From positions 6,882,001-6,946,000 of the forward strand of contig CATNEN010000024.1 in the NCBI GenBank assembly GCA_950097015.1: a DNA stretch of 64,000 nt, in the 5' to 3' direction. This DNA is from Macrostomum hystrix. Its lineage: Eukaryota; Animalia; Platyhelminthes. This document shows, piece by piece, positions 35,652 through 49,035 of the stretch (positions are counted from its first letter, which is position 1; each line of letters opens with the position of its first letter). The translations under genes were made by a program, and so were the position numbers. The notes under the pieces were generated by a model. It was not told where the DNA came from, did not search any database, and saw only the letters and a program-made list of their open reading frames with translations.

Positions 35652-36879
35652 ATATTTCAGGTAGGTGAACAAAAGCACTTGGGGAACTGATACTGAATCA
35701 GGCATGGAATTAGGTTTGAACTCCCGACCGCTGTGTCAAGGAAGTCCAAATTGTTCCACAAGGTTTGACAATCGAAATTTATTGGCGATTAAAATGGTAA
35801 ATATTCTGGCATTTGCTGCGATAAAAAATGTCCGAATGGCTCTCGTATAATATTAAATAGTGGCTAGGGATTGTACAGCTTGGCAACAATCTACCGGGCA
35901 ATGATTGGGATGCGTCTAGAATGAAAATAGGTAGGATATGGCTAAACGGCTAAAAGGTAGCCAAAAGTGGTCAGCGCGCCAGTTAAAAAGGATTTTTGGG
36001 CGCGATAGCTTATAGGATAACGGCCAGAGTTGTTTACACGAAAAACACGAGAGCCGGCCCGACTTATCCCAATTGGGGAATTAGAAACTTTTTAGCGTGC
36101 GGCTTCGATCTAGCCTGGCAGACCTGATGCAAACAATTATAAATTAAATGCGCATTGCATCCTCTTTCCAGTCGCTCATACAGTTCCCCAATTCTGCCTC
36201 AAATTTTTTTATCCCAAAGACCTTCGCAAAATCTTGTAGACAATGAATTTTCAATCTGTGCCAAGAAATCTGAGGAGACAGAGAGGGAGAGGGAGAGGGA
36301 GAGAGAGGGAGAGGGAGAGAGAGAGAGAGACGAGGAGGCGCTTGATAAAGGGAAGAAAAGTTTAAGGGATCAAAACAGCAGAGGTAAGGGATTTCTAGGA
36401 AATATGGGGGAGAAAATTAAGGGCACAGGGGGCTCCGATTTCTCGCCGATCCGCCAGTTGCTCAGGGACATTACTAACGCCTGAGTAGACTTTTGACTAA
36501 AAAAATACATCTTTGGGATTCAGGGATACCAGGTGGATGGCCGGCGATGACTCAGGAGGCAACCACAATGACCCCATGCCCCGCCCGCGCCTGCTTGACC
36601 TTCGATCGCTATTTGCTTTAATCTCTTTAATCCGCCCCACAACCTCTCTCCCAAGATTTTTTCTAATCCCAATTCATCTATTCGATTTCACTGGTCTCTA
36701 GCGGGCGCCGTTGGTTCGCGACCAGGGCTAGCTTTGACATCCGCGCTGCAGGTTCTGGTGCTTTCATTTCATATTACTCAAATTCATAATAACATAAATT
36801 TGCTATCAAAATATGCGATAAACACACCTCCATTAACTCACTCTCTCACCATTTATTGTGTGCCTGGATGGATGGAATA

Positions 36880-37845
36880 CCATCCCTCTCATCCCCTCAA
36901 TCTCATTCCCCTCAATTTTATTCCACATCTCTCATCCAATCTCTCTTCTCTATCTCATCCCATCTCTCTTCTCTCTAATCCCATCTCTCTTCTCTCCCTC
37001 ATCCCATCTCTCTTCTCTCCCTCGCCCCATCTCTCTTCTCTCCCTCATCCCATCTCTCTTCTCTCTCATCGCATCTCTCTTCTCTCTCATCCAATCTCTC
37101 TTCTCCCTCATCCCATCTCTCTTCTCTCTCATCGCATCTCTCTTCTCTCTCATCCAATCTCTCTTCTCTGCCTCATCGCATCTCTCTTCTCTCTCATCGC
37201 ATCTCTCTTCTCTCTCATCCAATCTCTCTTCTCTCCCTCATCGCATCTCTCTTCTCTCCCTCGTCCCATCTCTCTTCTTCTATATCCCATCTCTCTTCTC
37301 TCCCTCGTCCCATCTCTCTTCTTCCATATCCCATCTCTCTTCTCTCCCTCATCCCATCTCTCTTCTCTCCCTCATCGCATCTCTCTTCTCTCTCATCCCA
37401 TCTCTCTTCTCTCTCATCCAATCTCTCTTCTCCCTCATCGCATCTTTCTTCTCTCTCATCGCATCTCTCTTCTCTCTCATCGCATCTCTCTTCTCTCTCA
37501 TCCAATCTCTCTTCTCCCTCATCGCATGTCTCTTCTCTCCCTCGTCCCATCTCTCTTCTTCCATATCCCATCTCTCTTCTCTCCCTCATCCCATCTCTCT
37601 TCTCTCCCTCATCGCATCTCTCTTCTCTCTCATCCCATCTCTCTTCTCTCTCATCGCATCTCTCTTCTCTCTAATCCCATCTCTCTTCTCCCTCATCGCA
37701 TCTCTCTTCTCCCTCATCGCATCTCTCTTCTCTCTCATCGCATCTCTCTTCTCTCTCATCGCATCTCTCTTCTCTCTCATCGCATCTCTCTTCTCCCTCA
37801 TCGCATCTCTCTTCTCCCTCATCGCATCTCTCTTCTCTCTCTAAT
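36880..37845. repeat. Polypyrimidine minisatellite, 21-bp unit TCATCGCATCTCTCTTCTCTC
   Basis: About 45 units. Confidence 0.96.
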
Positions 37846-38369
37846 CCCCACTACAGCCTTCCTCTATGGCTCCAAAAGTTGTCTCCAGCCATCGTCTCAT
37901 TTCCCTTCCTAAGCAGCCGGTGTTGCAGAACAGAGCCTCTAGTCAGAGTAAAATGATCATTCCCCAATGAAAGGCCTTCTTATCTTCCACCGGAGGCAAC
38001 GTGCAGCGCTGAGTTTCTCACTTTCTCACAATGCAATAGAATAGACCGGATGAGCGAGTGAGGCCTCTCAGTGCGCGATTCCCAAAATCTGCTCAGAGCT
38101 CCCCGGAGAGCAGGCGAGAGCAGCGAGTGAGAACTCGAGAGCACGATTTAGTCGAGTGGCCAGAGATATCTGGGGTAGAGCTAGGCCTCACTTGTAGAAA
38201 AATTGCGAATTTCAGGTCAAGTCGAGACGGATAACTGCAGTCAAGTGAAATTGTGAGACAACACTCTGCGCTTGAGTCTCTAGTTTGAGCACTGCTGCAC
38301 TTAGGTTGTGAATTAAATTTTAAGATAATCTTAGCACCCTAAAATTATAAGACTCTCTAATTCCATTGC

Positions 38370-39325
38370 TTATCCCATCTTCCTCATCCCATCTGCCTCA
38401 TCCCATCTGCCTCATCCATCTCTCTCATCCATCTCTCATCCATCTCTCTCATCCCATCTCTCTCATCCATCTCTCTCATCTATCTCTCTCATCCATCTCT
38501 CTCATCCATCTCTCTCATCCATCTCTCATCCATCTCTCTCATCCCATCTCTCTCATCTATCTCTCTCATCCATCTCTCTCATCCATCTCTCTCATCCCAT
38601 CTCTCTCATCCCATCTCTCTCATCCATCTCTCTCATCCCATCTCTCTCATCCATCTCTCTCATCCATCTCTCTCATCCATCTCTCTCATCCATCTCTCTC
38701 ATTCCATCTCTCTCATCCCATCTCTCTCATCCATCTCTCTCATCCCATCTCTCTCATCCATCTCTCTCATCCCATCTCTCTCATCCCATCTCTCTCATCC
38801 ATCTCTCTCATCCCATCTCTCTCATCCATCTCTCTCATCCCATCTCTCTCATCCATCTCTCTCATCCATCTCTCTCATCCCATCTCTCTCATCCCATCTC
38901 TCTCATCCATCTCTCTCATCCCATCTCTCTCATCCATCTCTCTCATCCTTCTCTCTCATCCATCTCTCTCATCCCATCTCTCTCATCCCATCTCTCTCAT
39001 CCATCTCTCTCATCCCATCTCTCTCATCCATCTCTCTCATCCCATCTCTCTCATCCATCTCTCTCATCCATCTCTCTCATCCATCTCTCTCATCCATCTC
39101 TCTCATCCCATCTCTCTCATCCATCTCTCTCATCCATCTCTCTCATCCATCTCTCTCATCCCATCTCTCTCATCCCATCTCTCTCATCCATCTCTCTCAT
39201 CCCATCTCTCTCATCCATCTCTCTCATCCATCTCTCTCATCCATCTCTCTCATCCATCTCTCTCATCCATCTCTCTCATCCCATCTCTCTCATCCATCTC
39301 TCTCATCCCATCTCTCTCATCCCAT
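38370..39325. repeat. Polypyrimidine minisatellite, 13/14-bp unit CATCTCTCTCATC(C)
   Basis: About 70 units. Confidence 0.96.
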
Positions 39326-39889
39326 CCCACCTCGGCAGACCTATGAAATGATGTTTGCGCATAACCAGGATAAAATCGCTGGTAGATAAGATTCAATCTA
39401 GCAAATGCTATTCTATCGAGTGTTCAAATGCACTCTATCTAAATGATTACAGTTTTCTTCATGGCACCAGGATGACTGAATGCCTTTTCGTTGCTAGTAT
39501 TTTTCTACTACTGGGAGAAGAAAAATCCTTTCAACTCAATTGGACGCGGCTCTTCTTATTCTTCCTCAGGGATCTGGGATGATTTGTGCCTATTTTCAAT
39601 AATTGTAGAAATCCAGCGTCACACAATATGACAGCCGGCGTCGAGTATAGATAGGCCAGAACGAAACTAGGCAGAAATTACGCAATCAAACAGCTCCCCG
39701 GGGGGAGGGGGCAAATAGGCATTGGACGTCAATCAGTGTCATGGATGAGTTCTATGCCTAGGAAAATAACGGACGGGCAGTCCGTCCGCTGCTGATTGAG
39801 CTTATAAGAATCTGTCCATATTGGACCATTCTGAGTTGGACAAACAATCGAAAGATCGAAGATGGCCGCCAGGTGAATAAACTGACTCA

Positions 39890-39922
39890 CCTAGTGATCC
39901 TTTCTCAAGCGACTGTGTTCTC
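39890..39922 (-). CDS. Putative 33-nt phase 2-2 exon (RTQSLEKRIT)
   Basis: Acceptor CTGATCGCAG and donor AG|GTGAGT at 39889; in frame with the 39986-40222 exon across a 63-nt intron. Confidence 0.35.
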
Positions 39923-39985
39923 CTGCGATCAGTGCTGTCATGGACTTCAGAGTAATTAACGACAATATCGAAGTGAATTGCTTAC

Positions 39986-40222
39986 AATGGTGTCAGATAA
40001 GACTCGTCCTGGTTGATTTGGTCCGCTGAATATTGCTCATTGCGGGTTGCTATTATTGGGGGGGTTGCAGCTGCGAAACTGGAGGCGGGCACTGGTTGGC
40101 CAGCCCCACCAGCCAATGGGGTTGAGGCCAGCAGTTTTAACTCTTCTCGGCTATAGACAATAGACAATCTTGGTGGAAACTGCTTTCGGTCTGTGCGAGG
40201 GTTGGGTTGAATGGGGAGCAAT
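39986..40222 (-). CDS. Putative 237-nt phase 2-2 exon of an unannotated gene, with eIF4E-binding-like motif IVYSREELKLLASTPLA
   Basis: Acceptor CTAGCACTTCAG (40224-40223) and donor GTAAGC (39985); length divisible by 3; only one frame is open throughout. Confidence 0.4.
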
Positions 40223-40879
40223 CTGAAGTGCTAGCAATGGTTGCAATCCCATTGGGAAAGCTTGCAGCAGTGGGAGTGTAAATAGGGGGAAGATAATTTG
40301 GCCCTCCTACCTGACACTCTTCCCAAAAACCCTCTAATCTGGCACACTTTCTGGCAATAAACAATCCCAACCAAGGATAATTGCCCCTTTGTGATGCTGC
40401 CCATCTCCCCACCCACCCCCTACCTCCCCATAGAATGTAGTCTATTCCCCCAGCTTTGATTTGAAATCCTAAGTACCTTAGGAAGTAGTTTCAAGCATGT
40501 ACACCCTATCGAATATGTACTTTTGCGCGAAATGCAGAGGCAGAAGATTGCAAACCAAGTTCGCAAATTTCGCTGCTAAACATGCTGAACGCAATTCGAT
40601 GATGCATCGGAGTCCACCGCATAGTCTGAATATTTTTCATTCATTCTCCAAACCTCTACCTCCGACCCTCACACTCCGTAAGAATTCTTAGCTACCCAGA
40701 CAATGAATCACGGCCTGCCCTAGAATGCAGGCACAGTTTTCGTGCTTTTTTATTAAGACTTGTTTGTGCCTGACTCCGAGTTGAGAGTGCATTTCAGATT
40801 TGATTTATGGCGTCATTATTCTGGTTCAAGTCGGATATGCGAATAAATGGCTTTTCTGAATCACTAGATTGGACCAGAA

Positions 40880-41480
40880 TAACTGTCTCTACGACTGCGA
40901 AGCAGCTGCCCCATTCCTTATGCTGCGGGGCGATATGGGGTAGAAAGACCCCATTTTCGAGGCAATGTACACTGTTGCAGCCACCTCACTCCTTGTGCTT
41001 AATATGGCGTGGCGCGGGTGTCAATATGGGATAGAGAAGCCCTCCCTAGAGTTGAGGCAATCTAGACTGTTGCAGCCACCTCACTCCTTGTGCTTAATAT
41101 GGCGTGGCGCGGGTGTCAATATGGGATAGAGAAGCCCTCCCTAGAGTTGAGGCAATGTACACTGTTGCAGCCACCTCACTCCTTGTGCTTAATATGGCGT
41201 GGCGCGGGTGTCAATATGGGATAGAGAAGCCCTCCCTAGAGTTGAGGCAATGTACACTGTTGCAGCCACCTCACTCCTTGTGCTTAATATGGCGTGGGGC
41301 GGGTGTCAATATGGGGTCGAGAGAACCCAATTTTAAGGCAATGTACACTTCTGCAGCCACCTCACACCTTGTACTTAATATGGCGTGGGGCGAGAGTCAA
41401 TATCAAGTAAAGAAACACCTCAAATTTGAGCTCATATTCACAGCTGCAGCCACCCCATACCTTGTACTAAATAATGTTAG
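40880..41480. repeat. 95-bp tandem repeat, about 6 units, central units near-identical
   Basis: GTTGCAGCCACC recurs at 40974, 41069, 41164 and 41259; degenerate units flank both sides. Confidence 0.92.
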
Positions 41481-42947
41481 CTAGAGAGCGAGTCACCAAT
41501 GATTTAAGAGCCCATCAGAAGACACGCACACGGTCGCTCCTAATTGCTTCACTTCCATTGTTCTGCGGCCAGTGTTGGCTGTCAACTGAAATGCAGCATT
41601 GTTTCTGAGAATCCTTAATTAGGCGCTGAAAGGTGTCGGATTGAGCGATCAGAACCCGGGTTAGTTATAGTGATACCTGCCACACGGCCCTTTTAGTCCA
41701 TGCACTAACGATCAGGACTTATTAGTGCAAAACTGGCATCCAGTTCGAGGCAGAGACCCTGCTGCGGAACAATAAGAAATGACGCATAGCAACAGAAGAA
41801 TGAAAGGAACGGATGCCAGGCCGAAGTCTATTGAACACCCAGGCTGGCATCAAAAGGGTGTGAAGGGGCGAAGTTTCTTTCCTCGCTCCTTCTCACTACC
41901 TCTTTTTCCTCAGCTCTTTGCGGAATCAATATTAGCTACAACAGAATCAGCAACAGCAGCAGCAGCATCTCCCTCTTAAGCCTCTCCTTCTGTTTTTGGG
42001 CCTGTTTGCTGGGGATCAGTGAGTATTGAAGTGGCGCAGACTTCCCTATAGAGAAGGAGGGAAGTGTAGAATTTTGAAGCGAAAAATTTCTTTACCAGAC
42101 GACTGAAAGCAAAAGATTTTTTTGCCTGCTAGACTCGCCCGCCTGTCAGTGACTCCAAGCAGAAATAAGCTACGGCATTGAACGGCTTGTCAGGAGGCGA
42201 CCAACACAATCTGGCCTTCCTTAGTTAAGCTTGGCTGCGGGACCCCAAAAGCAACGCCAGTACACATCCAACTGCCATCTTGTTGCAGCAACAAGCTGCA
42301 GAAGGAACTATAAGGTAGTCAGTCCGCGGTCAGTCGGGAAAATTTTTTTGTTCAAGAAAAAAAGCAGACAAGTTCGTTATAGTCGGCAGCTTTTTCCACT
42401 CACTGCCGCGCCCTTATTGCTAAGTTCTGAAATTCTAGAAGAAATTAGTATAACAGAAGAGGGATAAGACCGAGAGGCTGTGGCAGGAGAGAGCGGGAGA
42501 GAGAACAAATGAGGCTAGAAGAGGAGCTGCTACTAATGAGGCTTCTGCAATTTCTGCGATTCCTTTTCTAAAGTCAGAAAATAACCCCTGTGGTTGTAAA
42601 AGACACTGATAAAAAACTATCTAGTCCAGTAGACGACGCACATATTACAAGTATAAACCTCTTGTGTGCGTGCAATTTAAAGTCTGCAACAAAGACCTGG
42701 GAGGGTTGATGCTGCACTATCTCCTCCTAGACAACGCCCCTTGGCCTTAGCAACACGCTGTGTGAGATAAGAAGCTGTATGGACAAAGCAATCAATAGAA
42801 TCTGTGGAATTGTTTTGTTGCATACTGGCTTGCCTTGTGACCTAAAGTTTTACCTGGATGGAAAGCTCCTTATCAGTACAGAAAGGAAACCTACTGGCTC
42901 TTCAAATTATGCCAATTATGAAGTTGCAACTGGTCGCTCTTTATGGT

Positions 42948-43462
42948 AAAGATTCAGAGTTGTGAAGATTCGGAGTTGTGAAGATTCAGAGTTGTGAAGA
43001 TTCGGAGTTGTGAAGATTCGGAGTTGTGAAGATTCGGAGTTGTGAATATTCGGAGTTGTGAAGATTCGGAGTTGTGAAGATTCGGAGTTGTGAAGATTCG
43101 GAGTTGTGAAGATTCGGAGTTGTGAAGATTCGGAGTTGTGAAGATTCGGAGTTGTGAAGATTCGGAGTTGTGAAGATTCGGAGTTGTGAAGATTCGGAGT
43201 TGTGAAGAATCGGAGTTGTGAAGATTCGGAGTTGTGAAGATTCGGAGTTGTGAAGAATCGGAGTTGTGAATATTCGGAGTTGTGAAGAATCGGAGTTGTG
43301 AATATTCGGAGTTGTGAAGATTCGGAGTTGTGAAGATTCGGAGTTGTGAAGATTCGGAGTTGTGAAGATTCGGAGTTGTGAAGATTCGGAGTTGTGAAGA
43401 TTCGGAGTTGTGAATATTCGGAGTTGTGAAGATTCGGAGTTGTGAATATTCGGAGTTGCAAA
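42948..43462. repeat. Minisatellite, 16-bp unit GTGAAGATTCGGAGTT
   Basis: About 32 units; close relative of the 5675 array. Confidence 0.97.
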
Positions 43463-44054
43463 ATTTTGAGTAATGAAACGAAAATCCGGTTCAAGAATTT
43501 TTTCATGGCGTTTAAATGTTTTTTTCAAAGCGACCTAATTTTTGGCCAGTCACCGCTCTGAAAAAAAGAATCTATCGCGCAAAATTTAGTCGGCCTTTCT
43601 TTTGAAGTCTTTGTCTAGCTTGTCTTATCTTTGTGGTAGCAAACATTCAGCTGAAAGAAAACGTTTCATTGTTAGTCTCTTCTACAATTCCACTATTGTT
43701 ATATTATATTTTTAGTTATACTATTCAATGTCGGGCCGACAGGTGAGACAATGGGAGCTCGGGTGGGGGCCTCTGACGCAATCAAATTATAGGCTTGGAG
43801 ATTAATAATTCAAAAAAGCACAGAACCTGTCAGGTGTTGCCAGTGCTCGCGATTCGCTTGGCAAATCAGTTTTAGGCTTTTTGCTTTTTGTTCTGATGCT
43901 CGGGTACTCAATCGATTTGCTTAAGTGTCAGATGGGCATAATAGACTCAAAGCATGGCAAAAATAACAATACGATCGTATGTTAATTTTTTAATGTTTCC
44001 GTTTTTCAGTTCTCATTCTACTTAGTAAAGACAGCCCATGACGAATACGGACAT

Positions 44055-45180
44055 TAGTGACAGAGATGAGAGTGACAGAGATGAGTGACAGAGATGAGAG
44101 TGACAGAGATGAGAGTGACAGAGATGAGAGTGACAGAGATGAGAGTGACAGAGATGAGAGTGACAGAGATGAGAGTGACAGAGATGAGAGTGACAGAGAT
44201 GAGAGTGACGGAGATGAGAGTGACAGAGATGAGAGTGACAGAGATGAGAGTGACAGAGATGAGAGTGACAGAGATGAGAGTGACAGAGATGAGAGTGACA
44301 GAGATGAGAGTGACAGAGATGAGAGTGACAGAGATGAGAGTGACAGAGATGAGAGTGACAGAGATGAGAGTGACAGAGATGAGAGTGACAGAGATGAGAG
44401 TGACAGAGATGAGAGTGACAGAGATGAGAGTGACAGAGATGAGAGTGACAGAGATGAGAGTGACAGAGATGAGAGTGACAGAGATGAGAGTGACAGAGAT
44501 GAGAGTGACAGAGATGAGAGTGACAGAGATGAGAGTGACAGAGATGAGAGTGACAGAGATGAGAGTGACAGAGATGAGAGTGACAGAGATGAGAGTGACA
44601 GAGATGAGAGTGACAGAGATGAGAGTGACAGAGATGAGAGTGACAGAGATGAGAGTGACGGAGATGAGAGTGACAGAGATGAGAGTGACAGAGATGAGAG
44701 TGACAGAGATGAGAGTGACAGAGATGAGAGTGACAGAGATGAGAGTGACAGAGATGAGAGTGACAGAGATGAGAGTGACAGAGATGAGAGTGACAGAGAT
44801 GAGAGTGACAGAGATGAGAGTGACAGAGATGAGAGTGACAGAGATGAGAGTGACAGAGATGAGAGTGACAGAGATGAGAGTGACAGAGATGAGTGACAGA
44901 GATGAGAGTGACAGAGATGAGAGTGACAGAGATGAGAGTGACAGAGATGAGAGTGACAGAGATGAGAGTGACAGAGATGAGAGTGACGGAGATGAGAGTG
45001 ACAGAGATGAGAGTGACAGAGATGAGAGTGACAGAGATGAGAGTGACAGAGATGAGAGTGACAGAGATGAGAGTGACAGAGATGAGAGTGACAGAGATGA
45101 GAGTGACAGAGATGAGAGTGGCAGAGATGAGAGTGACAGAGATGAGAGTGACAGAGATGAGAGTGACAGAGATGAGAGTG
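44055..45180. repeat. Minisatellite, 15-bp unit GAGTGACAGAGATGA
   Basis: About 75 near-perfect units; two 13-bp deletion units. Confidence 0.98.
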
Positions 45181-45949
45181 TCGGAGTTCAGATACATGGT
45201 TAAAAGGCAATTTAGCTGCTTAAAATTCTGTTTCAATTAACAAAAGTCGTCATCCTGAGAGTAAAAGGTGGCCAAAAATGAACACGGGCACAAGAAACTG
45301 TTTATTTTCGACTAAAGAAAAAAATGTACAAGCACACACCAGTAAGAGTTGAATTGCACTGAACTCTGAATGAATCACAATGGATGTAGTTGGAGCAGTT
45401 CAGTGCACTTTCATTGCTGTGACTGACTCAGTTCTACCATCCTCTTCAATTCCGGGTTCGTCAAGGTGAATCAGGTGGTGTACTTCGCTGGCACTACTTA
45501 GCTTTCTCTCTCACGCAGCAGCAGCTGCATCAACGGGCAAGGTTGAGTCTCTGGAGGGAAATCCGAGACTCGAGTGCTCATCCCAGATCTCAGCAGTGAA
45601 AACTCAATGGGCACTCAATGCTGAGTGGGAGATGTAATATTGAGATAGCATGCGCTTGACTCTGGGAATCTTAAAGGGAGAATTTAGAGAGAAGAAGTGG
45701 CCACTTGTCCTGTTGTAAGTCAAGAAACTGATCGAGTAAAGTTAGTTGGGGACCTGAGAATAATTAGAAATTGGCCACCATCGCGTTGGCATTAATCTGC
45801 GACAGATCAGAGATTAAGTCTATGGCTGTCAGTCAGCACCGCTGGTACCCAGATAATGCCTGAAACAGCACCAGCTGGGCTGGACTAAAGCCGAATTATT
45901 GGTCTGACACAGATTGGATGCTTTCTAAGCATATGCGAATAAATTAACG

Positions 45950-48900
45950 AGTGGGGATGGGAGAGTGGGAGAGTGAGAGAGTGGGAGAGTGGGAGGGTGG
46001 GAGAGTGGGAGGGTGGGAGAGTGGGAGAGTGGGAGAGTGTTAGGTTGGGAGATCAGGAGAGCAGGAGATCAGGAGAGCAGGAGATCAGGAGAGCAGGAGA
46101 TCAGGAGAGCAGGAGATCAGGAGAGCAGGAGATCAGGAGAGCAGGAGATCAGGAGAGCAGGAGAGTGGGAGAGTGGGAGAGTGGGAGAGTGGGAGAGTGG
46201 GAGAGTGGGAGAGTGGGAGAGTGGGAGAGTGGGAGAGTGGGAGAGTGGGAGAGTGTTAGGTTGGGAGATCAGGAGAGCAGGAGATCAGGAGAGCAGGAGA
46301 TCAGGAGAGCAGGAGATCAGGAGAGCAGGAGATCAGGAGAGCAGGAGAGTGGGAGAGTGGGAGAGTGGGAGAGTGGGAGAGTGGGAGAGTGGGAGAGTGG
46401 GAGAGTGGGAGAGTGGGAGAGTGGGAGAGTGGGAGAGTGGGAGAGTGGGAGAGTGGGAGAGTGGGAGAGTGGGAGAGTGTTAGGTTGGGAGATCAGGAGA
46501 GCAGGAGATCAGGAGAGCAGGAGATCAGGAGAGCAGGAGATCAGGAGAGCAGGAGATCAGGAGAGCAGGAGAGTGGGAGAGTGGGAGAGTGGGAGAGTGG
46601 GAGAGTGGGAGAGTGGGAGAGTGGGAGAGTGGGAGAGTGGGAGAGTGGGAGAGTGGGAGAGTGGGAGAGTGGGAGAGTGGGAGAATGGGAGAGTGGGAGA
46701 GTGTTAGGTTGGGAGATCAGGAGAGCAGGAGATCAGGAGAGCAGGAGATCAGGAGAGCAGGAGATCAGGAGAGCAGGAGAGTTGGAGAGTGGGAGAGTGG
46801 GAGAGTGGGAGAGTGGGAGAGTGGGAGAGTGGGAGAGTGGGAGAGTGGGAGAGTGGGAGAGTGGGAGAGTGGGAGAGTGGGAGATCAGGAGAGTGGGAGA
46901 TCAGAAGAGTGGGAGATCAGAAGAGTGGGAGATCAGAAGAGTGGGAGATCAGAAGAGTGGGAGATCAGGAGAGTGGGAGATCAGAAGAGTGGGAGATCAG
47001 GAGAGTGGGAGATCAGGAGAGTGGAGATCAGGAGAGTGGAGATCAGGAGAATGGGAGATCAGGAGAGTGGGAGAGTGGGAGAGTGGGAGAGTGGGAGAGT
47101 GGGAGAGTGGGTGAGTGGTAGTGTGGGAGATTGGGAGATCAGCAGAGAGGGAGATCAGAAGAGTGGGAGATCAGGAGAGTGGGAGATCAGAAGATCAGGA
47201 GAGCAGGAGAGTGGGAGAGTGGGAGAGTGGGAGAGTGGGAGAGTGGGAGAGTGGGAGAGTGGGAGAGTGTTAGGTTGGGAGATCAGGAGAGCAGGAGATC
47301 AGGAGAGCAGGAGATCAGGAGAGCAGGAGATCAGGAGAGCAGGAGAGTGGGAGAGTGGGAGAGTGGGAGAGTGGGAGAGTGGGAGAGTGGGAGAGTGGGA
47401 GAGTGGGAGAGTGGGAGAGTGGGAGAGTGTTAGGGTGGGAGATCAGGAGAGCAGGAGATCAGGAGATCAGGAGAGCAGGAGAGTGGGAGAGTGGGAGAGT
47501 GGGAGAGTGGGAGAGTGGGAGAGTGGGTGAGTGGTAGTGTGGGAGATTGGGAGATCAGCAGAGAGGGAGATCAGAAGAGTGGGAGATCAGGAGAGTGGGA
47601 GATCAGAAGAGTGGGAGATCAGAAGAGTGGGAGATCAGAAGAGTGGGAGATCAGAAGAGTGGGAGATCAGGAGAGTGGGAGATCAGGAGAGTGGGAGATC
47701 AGAAGAGTGGGAGATCAGGAGAGTGGGAGATCAGGAGAGTGGGAGATCAGGAGAGTGGGAGATCAGAAGAGTGGGAGATCAGAAGAGTGGGAGATCAGGA
47801 GAGTGGGAGATCAGAAGAGTGGGAGATCAGGAGAGTGGGAGATCAGGAGAGTGGGAGATCAGGAGAGTGGGAGATCAGAAGAGTGGGAGATCAGAAGAGT
47901 GGGAGATCAGAAGAGTGGGAGATCAGGAGAGTGGGAGATCAGGAGAGTGGGAGATCAGGAGAGTGGGAGATCAGGAGAGTGGGAGATCAGGAGAGTGGAG
48001 ATCAGGAGAGTGGGAGATCAGGAGAGTGGAGATCAGGAGAGTGGGAGATCAGGAGAGTGGGAGATCAGGAGAGTGGAAGATCAGGAGAGTGGGAGAGTGG
48101 GAGAGTGGGAGATCAGAAGAGTGGGAGATCAGGAGAGTGGGAGAGTGGGAGAGTGGGAGATCAGAAGAGTGGGAGATCAGGAGAGTGGGAGATCAGAAGA
48201 GTGGGAGATCAGGAGAGTGGGAGATCAGGAGAGTGGGAGATCAGGAGAGTGGGAGATCAGAAGAGTGGGAGATCAGGAGAGTGGGAGATCAGAAGAGTGG
48301 GAGATCAGGAGAGTGGGAGATCAGGAGAGTGGGAGATCAGGAGAGTGGGAGATCAGGAGAGTGGGAGATCAGGAGAGTGGAGATCAGGAGAGTGGGAGAT
48401 CAGGAGAGTGGAGATCAGGAGAGTGGGAGATCAGGAGAGTGGGAGATCAGGAGAGTGGGAGATCAGGAGAGTGGGAGATCAGGAGAGTGGAGATCAGGAG
48501 AGTGGGAGATCAGGAGAGTGGAGATCAGGAGAGTGGGAGATCAGGAGAGTGGGAGATCAGGAGAGTGGGAGATCAGGAGAGTGGGAGATCAGGAGAGTGG
48601 AGATCAGGAGAGTGGGAGATCAGGAGAGTGGGAGATCAGGAGAGTGGAGATCAGGAGAGTGGGAGATCAGGAGAGTGGAGATCAGGAGAGTGGGAGATCA
48701 GGAGAGTGGGAGATCAGGAGAGTGGGAGATCAGGAGAGTGGGAGATCAGGAGAGTGGAGATCAGGAGAGTGGGAGATCAGGAGAGTGGAGATCAGGAGAG
48801 TGGGAGATCAGGAGAGTGGGAGATCAGGAGAGTGGGAGATCAGGAGAGTGGGAGATCAGGAGAGTGGGAGATCAGGAGAGTGGGAGATCAGGAGAGTGGG

Positions 48901-49035
48901 AGATCAGGAGAGTGGGAGATCAGGAGAGTGGGAGATCAGGAGAGTGGGAGATCAGGAGAGTGGGAGATCAGGAGAGTGGGAGATCAGGAGAGTGGGAGAT
49001 CAGGAGAGTGGGAGATCAGGAGAGTGGGAGAGAGT
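45950..49035. repeat. Compound polypurine array: GGGAGAGT (8 bp), AGGAGAGCAGGAGATC and GGGAGATCAGGAGAGT (16 bp)
   Basis: 3.1 kb; ~220-bp higher-order blocks in the left half, 16/15-bp units in the right half. Confidence 0.97.
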
